Of a DNA stretch of 64,000 nt, positions 1 to 12,378 are shown one piece after another (position 1 is the stretch's first letter; every line of letters begins with the position of its first letter). Source of the stretch: Epiperipatus broadwayi (taxonomy: Eukaryota > Animalia > Onychophora); assembly GCA_028023455.1 (NCBI GenBank), contig JAQFVV010000005.1, positions 10,788,001 through 10,852,000 of the forward strand, written 5' to 3'. Below the pieces are notes generated by a model. That model was not told where the DNA came from. It saw nothing but the letters and a program-made list of their open reading frames with translations, and made no database searches. Both the position numbers and the translations under genes were made by a program.

Positions 1-237
1 AAAGGACAGACACACAAGATAAAAAAACATCTGAAACAAGAAATGAGAAATTCCAAGAGGCTAATGTGGAAACAAACAGTAAAAAGAATCTAACAGACTC
101 ACACAAAATAGACAGCCCTCTTGTCTTAAAGTTTATACAAAGATTTTTAGAGTAGACATTGGAGAGAACCCTATTGATTACATAAAGAGTTTGCAGGAAT
201 TTATATTTCATGAGGCAAGAAAGTAGAGAAGATAACT

Positions 238-1056
238 GTGGCTGCAAATCACTTGCATGGGTCTGCACGGCACTGGTGGGACTGTATTGAGGTTCATCCC
301 ACAACTTTTAATGACTACTGCCTCACATTGTGTAAGACATTCTGGAGCACACAATTTTTCCTCTGCCAGGTAGCACTCATAAAGTCTTTGATAGCATTCA
401 ACTTGTCAGATAGTCACATCATTAGGACTATAAAATATAACATGCCTCTTCACATCCAACACTTAATGTTAAGTTATAGAAATGCAGGGGTAGAAGAAAT
501 GGAGATATTAATTGCAATAGACTTTGGAAACATAAGTAAAGATAGCACCGACCTGGGAAGAAGAATAGAAACTTCAAAACTACAAACAGCTGCCATCCAA
601 GATGAATATCAACTAAAAGACCAAGGTGAACATTCTATCCAGGATGAAACCAGGGGAAAGGATATTGACAAGGTCTGGGAAGATAAGAGAGTGACATCTG
701 CGATCACATTGGAATAACATGAACTAAATCTACCATTGCACCAGGATTGTCCAACTATCGTAAAAATTGAAAACATCCCAGTTAGTGCATTAATAGACAC
801 AGCAACCCAAGTGTCTTTGATTTTTGATGAATGGTGGAACACCATGCACAGCTCATACATACAACGAAGCACACCAAAACTGGCTAGTCAAGTAGTTCTT
901 GCCAATGGTGAAGATGCCATTGTGGGATCACACCAGATGGAGTTGAATTTAAAGATTGGCACCAAATATGTATGCCATACATTTCAGACTATGCCAGGTT
1001 TAATCCAGGATGCACTGTTAGGATCAGACTTTCTTGAGAAGCATGACTCCAAATAA
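238..1056 (+). mobile_element. Decayed Ty3/gypsy gag-protease region
   Basis: ORF 736-1056 has retropepsin signatures ALIDTATQVSLI (degenerate D-T-G) and LLGSDFL; upstream ORF 238-717 is gag-like. No intact RT follows. Confidence 0.75.
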
Positions 1057-3883
1057 ATTATCAGGATTGAACCTTTGAGTTTTATAATGAAAAAATGTCA
1101 TTTTGGCATCAACAATCCACAGAGTACAACAAATGTAAACTGTGTTCAAAAAACATACCATCAGCAGAGCAACAAATAACAAACCAAAGTACATGGATTG
1201 CTAAAAAGCAACATACACTATACCATGTTTTTAAAAATTTCACAAACCTGTTTTATAAGGAAAAAATGGATTTTGGCAGATCCCAGAGAGAAAGATCCAC
1301 CCATAAAAGGGTCACATAAACAAAGTGAATAAATAAAATAATAGGAATGATAGACCTTATGGAACAAATTCATGGATGGTAAAACAAGAAAAGAGACAAA
1401 TACTTTAATAAGATAACTAATATTAACATCATATAATATTTATTCCCTCATAAATATACATAAGACAACAGAAAGACTGCCCTATATCACTCTGCTCCAC
1501 TTCACACCAAAGGTAACTAGGATCTTTTTTTTTGTTTGTTTTAATGGGTTCTGGGAATATGAAGCTACGCATATATACATAGTAAATATATATATGCTTG
1601 CTTCTCCATTCACTGTGGCTTAAGCTAAAGATCCTGAGTCCAACCACAGTAAATGTAGGTTATATTAAATAAAAACTTGAAAATATTTAGTAAAAAAATA
1701 ATACATTCCATAAATTTTATGAAATAAAATTAAAAGATTTTAGTTTTAGATAAAGTAAAATTCCTGAATCGCAGAACTCATTAGAGACAAGATCGTCAAT
1801 TAGATAGCAATAATTAATTAAAAATTTCATTTAAAACATAAGATAGTGAAACAATGGCATTGGAATGCAAGATGGCCAACAAGTGGGTATAAAACTGAAA
1901 ACGTGTCCTTTGGTTTTCTCTTGCTTATACCCACAGAAGCTCTACTGTTCATAACAGCAAAGTGAAAGCAATAAGATTGGCTTTTTTGGACAAAAGTCTC
2001 TCTGCAACTAGGATTATACTAGCTCCCTGTTGTAGATTTTTGAACCACCAACATTCAAAGAAAATTTAAAGAATTTTTAGGTGCTATAATTGAAATGGCT
2101 GAGTAGATTTTCTTTTTCTCAGCATTTCCTGTTTGCTGGGGCCCAGAATGCTGTAGTGAAGAAATGTAGAGTGCCAGAAAAATCTTGCCTGACAAATGTC
2201 TGCTGCTATAATGGATACCCAGGGTGGAGAGTCAATAAAAATAAAAAGATGAGTGAATCCTAATAAGCTGTCAGTACTAGCTATGGGCTAGAATATTTCT
2301 ATGGATATCTAATTAAAGAAGTACGCATTTCAAAAATTATTGGTAATATAAATTTTGTATTAGTGTTCGATTCACTTTATAATATTATAATCAATGAAAA
2401 ACATATGCGTACATTTAGTTTTTTTATATATGTGTGTGATTTAAGTTGTTTTAAAAAATATTATTAAATGTTACTATTAAAAATTTTGATTTCTTTTCTC
2501 GTATAATGGTGACTCATCATCTAGATCCCTAGATAAAATAATTTGACACTAGAGTTTGGTCGCTTTTATACGAATTTCAAAGTAGAATGATAAAATCTTC
2601 TGTCATTTGTTTTATATATATATTATTTTACCTCAGCAGAAGCGCAAGAGTCATTCTAAATTAGATTAATGTTTTTTTTATTTGTTATAACATTCTCATT
2701 TCAGCTTAAAGAAAAAGCCAAAATAACTGAAACTAAACTCAGCTTATAATTTTTTTAAATTTCTCATTTTGCTTTTTCAATCTGAATTATAATTACCTAT
2801 GTGTATGTATATAGTCATTTAATTAACGTGAAATGATTTGAAATAAAGGTATGTATATTTTAAATGGGAGAGAATGTTTATATAATCAAGAAACACTAAA
2901 GAAGTTTCATTAACAAGATGGTAGAGTTGGTTAAATAGAGTTCTCGTATCCTTTTATTAAGCCACTATTATATATATATATATAAACGATTATATAAAGA
3001 CCGATAATATAAGGGGATTTCTTTTTAATCTACTAAGTTTTACATCAGTCTCGTAAGAGTTTTGAAGCATTAGAATTTAGATATCAGTATTTAATTTCAG
3101 GCTTGATTTTTTTTTAAAAATGGATTATTATTCCATCTTAATCTTTCATGTGTTACTTGGGGAGTGGGAAATACTTTTTGAATAATGTCTTACTTCTATC
3201 TCTATATTGGTGGGTTTATCTTATGGATGTCTCAGGATAAGACTCCAGAAATCTTTATACATTAAACATGTTGACTAGACATAAGCACGATGCTCCGTTT
3301 CTGAACACGGATCACACTCTGCGAACGAGTTCCTTCTTACCCTACTATGTTTTAGAGTCAGAGCGCTGTCCAGCCTCATTTTGTACTACACTCCTCCTCA
3401 TATAGAGAAATATCTCTGGAAAATTGCTTGCCAAAAAGGAGAAAAACAAATCACTGAGTAACACAGTTAATAAATTTGTTTTATTAAGCCTGACTATCTT
3501 CTATGCTCAAAGCACTATGCAGATAACCTCATGATGTTGGTGATGCAAAAAGGAAGAAAGGGGGTTCAAATTTCAGTTACAGACTGTGTTTTCATAATAG
3601 CTCAAACAAAATCTATTTAACTAGCATTTTCATAATTTGTTTTTTTTCTCTACCATCTCTGAGTGATTGATTCCTTTACTCCCTCTCTTACAAAAATCAT
3701 TCATTCTATGCCAAGTAAATGTAATATAATTTGTGAACTAAAACTGATGTTTACTGCCTATCTGTAGATAGTGTCAGTCCATTGTTGCTCTCAGATAGAC
3801 TGAGAGGTTATTGACAGCCTCTTTAGATAGTAATTTTGTGATTTCTTTTGTAAATAATAAATTTCATTTTTTTTGTGAACAAT

Positions 3884-3996
3884 AAATTTTTTTGTATCAT
3901 TAATACGTCCACATACCATTTATTATTTGTAAATTCCTTTAAATTTTTTTGTATCATTAATACGTTCACATACCATTTATTATTTGTAAATTCCTT
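3884..3996. repeat. Tandem duplication, 57-bp unit x2
   Basis: aaatttttttgtatcattaatacgt(c/t)cacataccatttattatttgtaaattcctt at 3884 and 3941. Confidence 0.9.
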
Positions 3997-5082
3997 CTTA
4001 GAGTCTTGTCTCTCCTTGACGACTGGGCATACATTAAGAATAAACACTAGTGAGGTTTGGGGAGTAAGTTGCTTAGTAGCAATCTGGAGGAGTAGGTGAG
4101 GTTCAAACATTTCTACTGGCATCTCTAGGTTAAGTCAAAGCAGCTCTACTTTTCATAGTTACATTATAATATATTTTGTTCATAAGATGATTCATTTTCT
4201 GATAAAAAATAATATCCATAGTTATGATGCTTGCCTGGTTTGGTATAACTTTAGGCATTTTACATCTTACACCACTGTTTATGGTGGCATGCCCTAAAAT
4301 TACAATAAATATTTAAAATCCTTGTTTTTTACTTCACCTTTGAGTGGTAAGTTTTAAATTGTGCTTTATGCAAAAAAGTGAAGCTTAATATTATTAGAAA
4401 AGAAATTATACAGCTGAGCACTTTCAGAGAACTTAAGTCTCCATATTCATAGCCTATTTTGGGAGTGTCGGCTTACATTGATGTTTTAAGTGAAATTTAG
4501 CGGTAATTTATACAAAATTTATTCAAAGTTTTCTTTCATATAGACCATTTCCTGGAGATTGCAAAGCATGATTCTTTTTGGTTTATTGCATAGTTGTCAT
4601 TTGCAATAAACTTTGTTTCAAAGAGAAACAATGTCTAACCCTAGCTGAAATCTATAAAATATCAATGATTTACAGCTATATTACTTCCACCACCCTCCTC
4701 CCTTAAACAAAGATCATCTGGATTTTACAATCCATTCAAAAGGATTCCTTTGAAATGGGCTGAAAAATTCAAGTTTTTTTATTTAAAAGAGGAGTGCAAT
4801 TGAAAATATAACTGTGGAGCATTTAAAATGCGTATTATATATGTATACACACATTATAGTTTGATTTATAAATATAAAACTTTCTGCACTCACAATTGAG
4901 CACAAATCCCTTCACAAATCTCAGTTTAAAATTAATATCGTTTTTTTTAATTATATATGAATACATGGAATAACATTTTATTCATGTATATCTTTTAAAA
5001 CCTCCACCATACTTTCTTCATTCAAATGAATAAAGGCATCCAAAAAAAAAAAGAAATTTATCTTTTTCAGATATCTTAGATG

Positions 5083-5472
5083 AATAATATTTCTGTAGTG
5101 TAATTTTCACTACAACACTCTCCTGCAAGATAATCTAATCAATAACCCATAAAAGTTAGAGATATACTTCCATTAAATGGTTTGTGTCAATGTTGTGAGT
5201 GCAGTATGTTTGACACATCAATTAAACTGTAGTAATTGTCTATCTGTACATACTGAACAGTGATAAAGATATATGTGAGAGATTGTGATCTGAGCCAATT
5301 AAAGAGTGCTGGCTCAGCACAAAATGTGCATCTGGGAACCATACATCTTTTTCACATCTTTGGTAATATGTTTATGATTCTACATCTTCATAAGATGTTA
5401 AAATTGAATAGAAATAAGTCCATATCATGTGTGAGAGTGGTGTAGTGAAAATTACACTACAGAAATATTCAT
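5083..5472 (+). mobile_element. Hammerhead repeat family A copy bounded by ~40-bp inverted repeats
   Basis: 5083-5122 is the near-exact reverse complement of 5432-5472; 5230-5400 is a diverged reverse complement of 9640-9800 and 36250-36410. Confidence 0.7.
5294..5336 (+). ncRNA. Degenerate type I hammerhead ribozyme motif (family A)
   Basis: gccaa-TTAAAGA-gtgct/agcac stem II-AAAA-tgtgc-ATC-tgg; aligns with the better-preserved copy at 9684-9727 but core CTGATGA and GAAA are mutated. Confidence 0.5.
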
Positions 5473-5579
5473 AAATTGGATAATCTCTAGTCTAATAAAT
5501 GACTAATAAACAAACATTAATAGCCTTTATTCATAGTTTTATAATGTTAAAATTAGTGAATGATTTAAGTATTTCATAC

Positions 5580-6065
5580 ACACATACACATATATAATAT
5601 ATATTGTAACCTTATAAAAAATGATGATGATGATGGGGGGGGGTAAGAGTGTAAGAGAGTGAAAAAATGAAAAGAAAATAAATAAATAAAAGGGAAGAGA
5701 AAAAGGCAAAGGGAGAGTAAAGAGAAAGAATAGAAAAGAAAGGGTAAGCCAATTGTAATGGGGGGGGGGGTAAAAAGAAGAGAAAAATGAAAATAAGAAT
5801 GAATATAGGGAAGAGAAGAAGGAAAAGGGAGAATAGAGAAAGAAAAGAAAGGGTAAGCCAATTATAAACCTTGGTAAGAATTAAGATTAGCCAAGAAAGG
5901 GTGGGTGGGTGTGTAGAATAGAAAGAGAGGATAGTAGAAAATAAAAAGAGAAATAGAGGGAGAGAGAGAAAAAGGGAAATTTACTTAGAGAAAGGGAAAG
6001 AGACACACTTAGAGAAAAGGAGAGAGAGAAAGAAAAGAAAGGAGAGAGAAAAAGAAAAAATACCA
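5580..6065 (+). repeat. Purine-rich (GA) low-complexity tract
   Basis: Almost pure A/G on +, two G runs, repeated agaaaagaaagggtaagccaatt; explains the spurious F/S/L-rich minus-strand ORFs. Confidence 0.85.
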
Positions 6066-6299
6066 GGCACATTTCAGCAAGACAGCGGGGTTACAATAAA
6101 ATATTTTATAAAAATATTAATATCCAGAGATCTGCAATAAGATGAAAGGAAAATTGACAGTGCTGCTAAACAATCAAGGCACAATAATAATTTGGAAGAA
6201 ATCGTTAAGAAAATTTAAGTTTTAACAAATACTAAAGAATTTATCCTCCATTAGATTATATTCTCTGAATCCAACAAATTTATGATAAAATTAGAACTT

Positions 6300-6950
6300 T
6301 TCTAAATAAATTTATTATTTTGTAACTTAAACAGATGCCTCAAGATATCGGTTCCAAAACTACAACTCACAAGATATTCCATGAGACAAAGTATTATCAA
6401 GTGTGCTTTTCTATAACACAGAGAATAATTAATAATTACCTATCTCACACTAATTAGAATTTAAAATTATACCTTGAAAACTTGTATCAACTAATAAAAG
6501 ATCCCCAAGAGTATATGTTCTCAGGGGTCCTACTGCAACTCTTGTGATAGAAACTAAAATATGAAGTTGTTAACCGGAAATAAATAAATAATCAAGGGAA
6601 TGATATCCTGGTTGACTATAGGAGACAAACACTTCCCTTGAAATGACTGCATCCTATGATAAGATAATAATATTTATTACAATAAAGAAAAAATATTTAC
6701 AATTTCTCACAAAACAATCTTCATAAAATTTAGATTATCTACAGCCTTTTCCCAGGATATCACTCGAGATGGGAAAAAGACAAGGGTGCTTTTTATGTCC
6801 TTCCATATTCTCACAAAACAATCTTCATAAAATAAAATGGATCTTGAGATAGAAATAATTTTAAGAATATGCAGTCTAAAATAAACAGCAGGGTCAATTT
6901 TCATTTCATAGAACAAAATCTTCTGTCCTTGAAGATAGCATGGTTAACAT
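6300..6950 (+). mobile_element. Possible highly decayed reverse transcriptase remnant (Penelope/TERT-like spacing)
   Basis: Broken frames give QDIGS (motif A-like) and LYQLIKDPQEYMFSGVLLQLL (motif B'-like); no clean YxDD. Weak. Confidence 0.22.
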
Positions 6951-7124
6951 ATTTCTTAAATATTATTTTGGTGTCTAAAATGTAGTATTATTTGTTATAA
7001 TAATTTCACTTAGAAATTAGAACTAAAAGCATGACTATATTTCATCTCAATGGAAATAAAATATACTGCATTTTAAAATAAATAAAGTAATTAATATTTA
7101 TTCATTAATCAAAGTTGGGATCTT

Positions 7125-7187
7125 CAATGTTAAGTAACCCAATGTTAAGTGATCCAATATTAAGTGATCCAATCTTAAATAATCCAA
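7125..7187. repeat. Minisatellite, 15-bp unit x4
   Basis: caatgttaagtaacc caatgttaagtgatc caatattaagtgatc caatcttaaataatc caa. Confidence 0.85.
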
Positions 7188-9619
7188 GACAACAATAAAA
7201 AAAATAAACATAGATTAAATATATTTAAATCAACAATTAATTGGTTTATTAAGACACTTATATAACTGACACATACACATTTCTTAAAAAGTTTTGCCAG
7301 TATAGTGCTGTTACAATGATAACTTACTTGACTAATAATGACAACAAACTTTTTTTTGTAAACTTAATATAGATCTATTAAAGCTTTTGCAAAATCAAAT
7401 GAAATAAACAAACTACACAATAGTTTGTTTAATAAATGATTAGAACAGTGAATTAGCAATGGCTAGTTCTAACATACTTTTGTTAAAGTAAATTATCTCT
7501 AAGACAATTTTTGTTTCTTTTAAAACATTTAAAAATTTATGTGCCAAACATGCAATTTTACTAACAAAAACAAAATTTTGTTACAGATAATTATTCTTGT
7601 TTAACTCAAAATTATATGATAATCCTCAATAACCAGATTTGGTAAAAAAATGTAATATGACTTGAAATTATTTACCCATAATGTAAACAACAACTGATTT
7701 ATTTTCAAACTACATTTTTTTAATAACTACTAATTTAAAATAGAAAAATAACTAGATGAATGAATTTAGCAAATATTAAATGGATAAATGAATGGGCCAT
7801 TTATCAGAAGTCATTTATACACATATAAGTTATAAATTCAATGTCCACAATGTAAATCATCTAAATAAAAATTTAGATCATAACTAAGTGACTTACACCT
7901 CCATTGGAGAAGTTCTGGATGATTGTAGCATATATTTAACATGTGGATTATACCAACTGGCTATATACTTATAAATTTAAACATTTATGATTACAAAATA
8001 TTGTTGGTTGGTTTGTGAATGATTACAAATCATGATAGCACAAAACACAGACATTCTTACACTTTAAAGCACTAACATAACTGAATGCATCCTGAAGAAA
8101 TCACATCCTTCAAACAAACTTATCTTGACATTACATACTAAAAATACAAGCAACCTCACCTACTACAGTGGAAAATTTAGCTTTAATTAAACCTCATGAG
8201 TGATAGGCCCAAAAGAAGACACTGCAGAGCAACTAGCATAAATATATCAAAAGCATGGTGGCTTCCAAAATAACACCTACATTTGAGGCAAAATAGGATG
8301 CCTGGACTTTTGTCTCAGCACATCAGGAAAATATATGGAGAGGTTCATCGAAAACAACTACAAGTACCTAAAAATATATGATTACAATCACTGGAAACAA
8401 GCACTTTCAACTCATGGACAAATGCAATACAGATGGGGAATTTATACACTCCATCCAGCACAATAATAATATCAATAATAAGCAAGGCCTGACATAATAA
8501 GGCCATTCTACAACTAACAATACCAAGATAAAAACTTCACAATAGTTGACTAAACTTATATCCATAATTTTAACCTCCATAAACAATAAGCAATGTCTGC
8601 ACCAACAAATAAATTTAAGTCAACTGACTGAAATATAAATAAATATAGGCACTAAGATATAACACACACAAGTATGGAATATTAAATATTTTAACTTATA
8701 ATAATTAATGGACATAAATAAAATGCAAACAAACTATGAGAATAATAATTCTCAAGCATAAAATATTAATGACTAAAACTGACTATTGCACTTATACAAA
8801 TATAATAAAATAAATAACCTCTGATAATAATAATAATGCTTGGCTGTTTGCACATATTGGAGTCAAATTATTATACATTTAAAAGTACTATTGCAAGAGA
8901 TAAAAGTCTCTAAATACTCTAATAAGCAAAGTAAACACCTTAGTTTGACAGCAGGTATTGAATAAAAATTGAATATTACCATTTTGAATATGTGTAGAAT
9001 ATCTACACTTTTATAAACCCTTAATATTATATTTGGCACTAGAGTATAACCTGATATTACATAAATTATAGCAACATAAAAAAAAAAATTATTACACACA
9101 AAATAAAAAGCACTTTTTTTTTCTTTACCAATAAAAATAAAACCCTTTTTAGTTCATAAGTAATTATTCTTGCACTAAGCTGACGGTTAAACACATTCTG
9201 CTAACGATAATATACAAAACAAAGACTTAATATAATACTTTCCAATACTTTATTACATATTGTTCTTTTCCCAAGCAGAGTTTTATATGTGTGAGGGATA
9301 TTAATAACTAAGTCATGTTCATAATTTTAAAGTCAATTTAATGGTTTTTCGCGATAATTAAATATCATTGGTAAAACAGACAAATTACTATGATACATAG
9401 TTTCTTTTAAATGTAACTTTATGTCTGTTAAAAAACTTATTGTCTCTTCTTATCGTGAATAATTTAAGCAAACATAAGCCGGTAAATAGTTCTGCATAAT
9501 TCCTTTTAAATAAATGAGAATTTATTTTGCACTTGCATCTTAATAAAAATCATTCCAAAATAAGCTTTAGTAATTTGTAATATAGGGTATATGAGCACAG
9601 ACTTTCACATGACCCACCA

Positions 9620-9800
9620 CTCTCCACTCTATCTAATAACACTGATACACTCAAGCACATATATGCTGAAAAGATAAATAATCACCAATATTCGTATTTC
9701 ATGCTAAACCAGCAATCATCAGTTGGTCCAGATTATCATCTCTCACACATATATATTATAAGTGCTCAGATATATATTAAGATAGACAATCTTCATACTT
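9620..9800 (-). mobile_element. Hammerhead repeat family A copy (pLTR-like)
   Basis: Clear alignment with 36250-36410 (same strand) and 5230-5400 (opposite strand). Confidence 0.75.
9684..9727 (-). ncRNA. Minimal type I hammerhead ribozyme motif (family A)
   Basis: Minus strand: accaa-CUGAUGA-uugcu gguuu agcau-GAAA-uacga-AUA-uuggu. Both core boxes intact, 5-bp stem I; the 10.1-11.1 pair is U-U here versus G-C in the other copies. Confidence 0.72.
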
Positions 9801-10003
9801 TAATGGACCGGCTCCAATCTACTACACACTCCAACTCTTCAACCGTCTATCCAATTGAAAATCTGATGATGGAATGCTCGAAGGCCACCCTGAGGCCAAG
9901 ATTCTTGTCACACCCATGTTGACCCAAGGTCAATCTGAACCCCACATGTACAGGACATAATCCATTAAATACATGTACAAGGATGGGCAGACATCTCTAC
10001 AAT

Positions 10004-10088
10004 GTAATAACTGAAACACAGGCTTAATATATACCATGCGTCTATATATGACACATGGTATATATTAAGCCTGTGTTTCAGTTATTAC
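10004..10088. other. Perfect 35-bp-stem hairpin, 85 nt total
   Basis: 10004-10038 is the exact reverse complement of 10054-10088; inner gtc/gac pairs close a tatatat loop. Confidence 0.92.
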
Positions 10089-11621
10089 TTTAGTAATTTG
10101 ATAAATAATCACAAATTTTCGGAGCATTCTTCCTAGTAGTAAAAGCATAATTGCAGGCAATATCAAGAAGTGAGGATTGCCAAAAAATTTACTCAGAGGG
10201 CATTATTATTCTCCAGAATAACATTATTTTTTACTTAACATTTTTATAACAAAAAAAAAAAAATTATAATTAAATTATTACTTTATATTTTTTTTTTATG
10301 TGCCAAAAAATTAAAATTTAGCCCCAAAGTTCCTCTTCCAGTTGAGTGTAGAGTAATGAAGATTGTCAACCCTGTATTGACCGAACCTATATAGAATAAA
10401 CCAAATGAAGACGGTATTTTGTCTGTGTAGACCATATTTATACTCTTTTTTTAAAAAGCTGTCATTTTTTTTTAAATCTCCCCATGACGTCAATCTGATC
10501 TACTTATTGAAATAGATCAAATCACGTGATAAAACAGCTAAATTTAGTAACAAAATCTACTAATAAAAAAAATACTGATAATATTATATAAAAGAAATAA
10601 TTACAATTTCTTTAATTAAGATTGAATTCTCTTTTGAAATGAATTTAAATTAATACTATTGGTTTATCAAATTAACCTTACAATTATTTATCAATTTATT
10701 ATTTAAAAAAAAAAAAATAGGGGTTTAAATAACTTATAATAAGAATTATATAAGACGCGATTAATTAAGACACAATTTCCCTGCATCCACACACACACAC
10801 ACGTTGCAGACAAGGAAACAATCACAATTTAAGCTTAATTGATTAACTACTTTTTATTTTAAATAATTAACTATACTGATAATTGAAATACTTAAAAAAA
10901 GTTATTTAGTAACAAATTTAACTTTAATAAATTTTAAAACCAATTCAAACTAATTTTTGTTCCCTTACTTTTAAAAATCTACAGACTTAATCCCAAACTA
11001 ATTTTTATATCTCTCTTTTCTACTATCTTATAAGTTAACTTATCCCATTATTAAAATACTGTTGTTGTTTTTTTATTTTACTGTTTGCTGGCACATCTTT
11101 GACTATAACTCTAATATTCCACTAGCAAGTTTAATTTATTGAAATAAATTTAAACAGTTATTTCAAAATAAATAGGCACAAAATACTTTTACTTTAGTAC
11201 AGACTGAGTTAACATTATGTAATAAAACTATTGTTTACTACTTATTCATTAACTTTAAAATAAAAAAAAATTAATAAATGTGAAACTGGTTAAACTAAAG
11301 CAAGCCAATTGCAACAAGTGCAACCAACATTTGGTCATAATATATATATATGTATGTATGTATCAATATTTCATACTCTGTAGTCAAGTTGCAATCTTTA
11401 AGTGTCCATATATATTCAATGGACCATTAGTACGAATAGATTTCCATTCTTGGTATTAAAAGGTGTGAAGGTTGCCTTGACAGCAGTGAGAAATATTGAT
11501 TACTATATTTTACTGTGAATATTTAGGTGGTTACTGGTTGGAATCTAATTATATATATATATTGTGTGTGTGTGTATAAATGTAAACATTTCGTATTATA
11601 ATGTAATTATTTCATTATCTA

Positions 11622-11643
11622 AATCTTGGCTGCAGCCAAGATT
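11622..11643. repeat. Perfect 22-bp palindrome
   Basis: aatcttggctgcagccaagatt. Confidence 0.9.
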
Positions 11644-12334
11644 ATATATTGAAATGTTTAGGATGATCCGACAACAGTACAAATCACCACTAGGGTGATT
11701 TAAACCACCACAACTCATTCTTAACTACATACTATTTTAATTAGGATCAGTAACAAGAGAGAGATAGAGACTCTTAAAACTAGCTTATAATTATATGACC
11801 TCATTGTGGCAAACAAGGCACTCAATACAATGTATATTGTATCCTCACTTCCAGGAAATATATAATAAAATGGGACTAGCTCAGATAAATAGTTATGCTA
11901 AGCTAAAATGCATATAATTGATAATAAAGATATTCTATGTTAATGTCAATTGTTTAACTAGCTCTAACTAATAAGAAATAATAATATGGTTCAGTTTTAT
12001 AAACTAAATAAATAAATATTTATTAAATCATGAGACCATGAAGTGACATACAAGTAGTAATATGAATTACATTGAGCCAGTATCCCACAGGATACCACCT
12101 CAATGGCATAAGAATACTATCCCCCCTTTTATTACCTCAAATAATAAATCTATAGCATTCTTATGACTTCAACAATAATTAATTAATTAAGATAATACTA
12201 ATAAATAAATCTTAATCTCTTTATCCAAAATAATATAACTAAAATAATCTCAGGTTCTTTAAACTAATTCGAGTCAATTAAAATTACTGTAATCAAACAT
12301 GATAAGGGATTTGATATCACCCTCAACTACACCT

Positions 12335-12345
12335 AACTAATAATA

Positions 12346-12378
<33 letters not shown>
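12335..12378. repeat. (TAA)n microsatellite
   Basis: Direct reading. Confidence 0.9.

Noticed and set aside
1560-3830. Several small imperfect hairpins (about 1561-1655, 2110-2170, 3759-3829)
   Set aside because: Short or heavily mismatched stems expected in AT-rich, repeat-derived DNA; no second copy or motif to support them.
5574-6072. Two hydrophobic minus-strand ORFs resembling membrane proteins
   Set aside because: Translation artefacts of the GA-rich tract.
7125-7187. Short direct repeats as a CRISPR-like array (also 3884-3996, 6703-6832)
   Set aside because: Units are contiguous or only two in number, with no unique spacers; eukaryotic context.
8290-8400. Possible GIY-YIG remnant (KY.GEVHRK) that could belong to a Penelope-like ORF
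   Set aside because: Needs a frameshift and lacks the first motif; not distinguishable from chance.
10311-10493. Short minus-strand ORFs as a possible small gene
   Set aside because: No recognisable motif or convincing splice sites.
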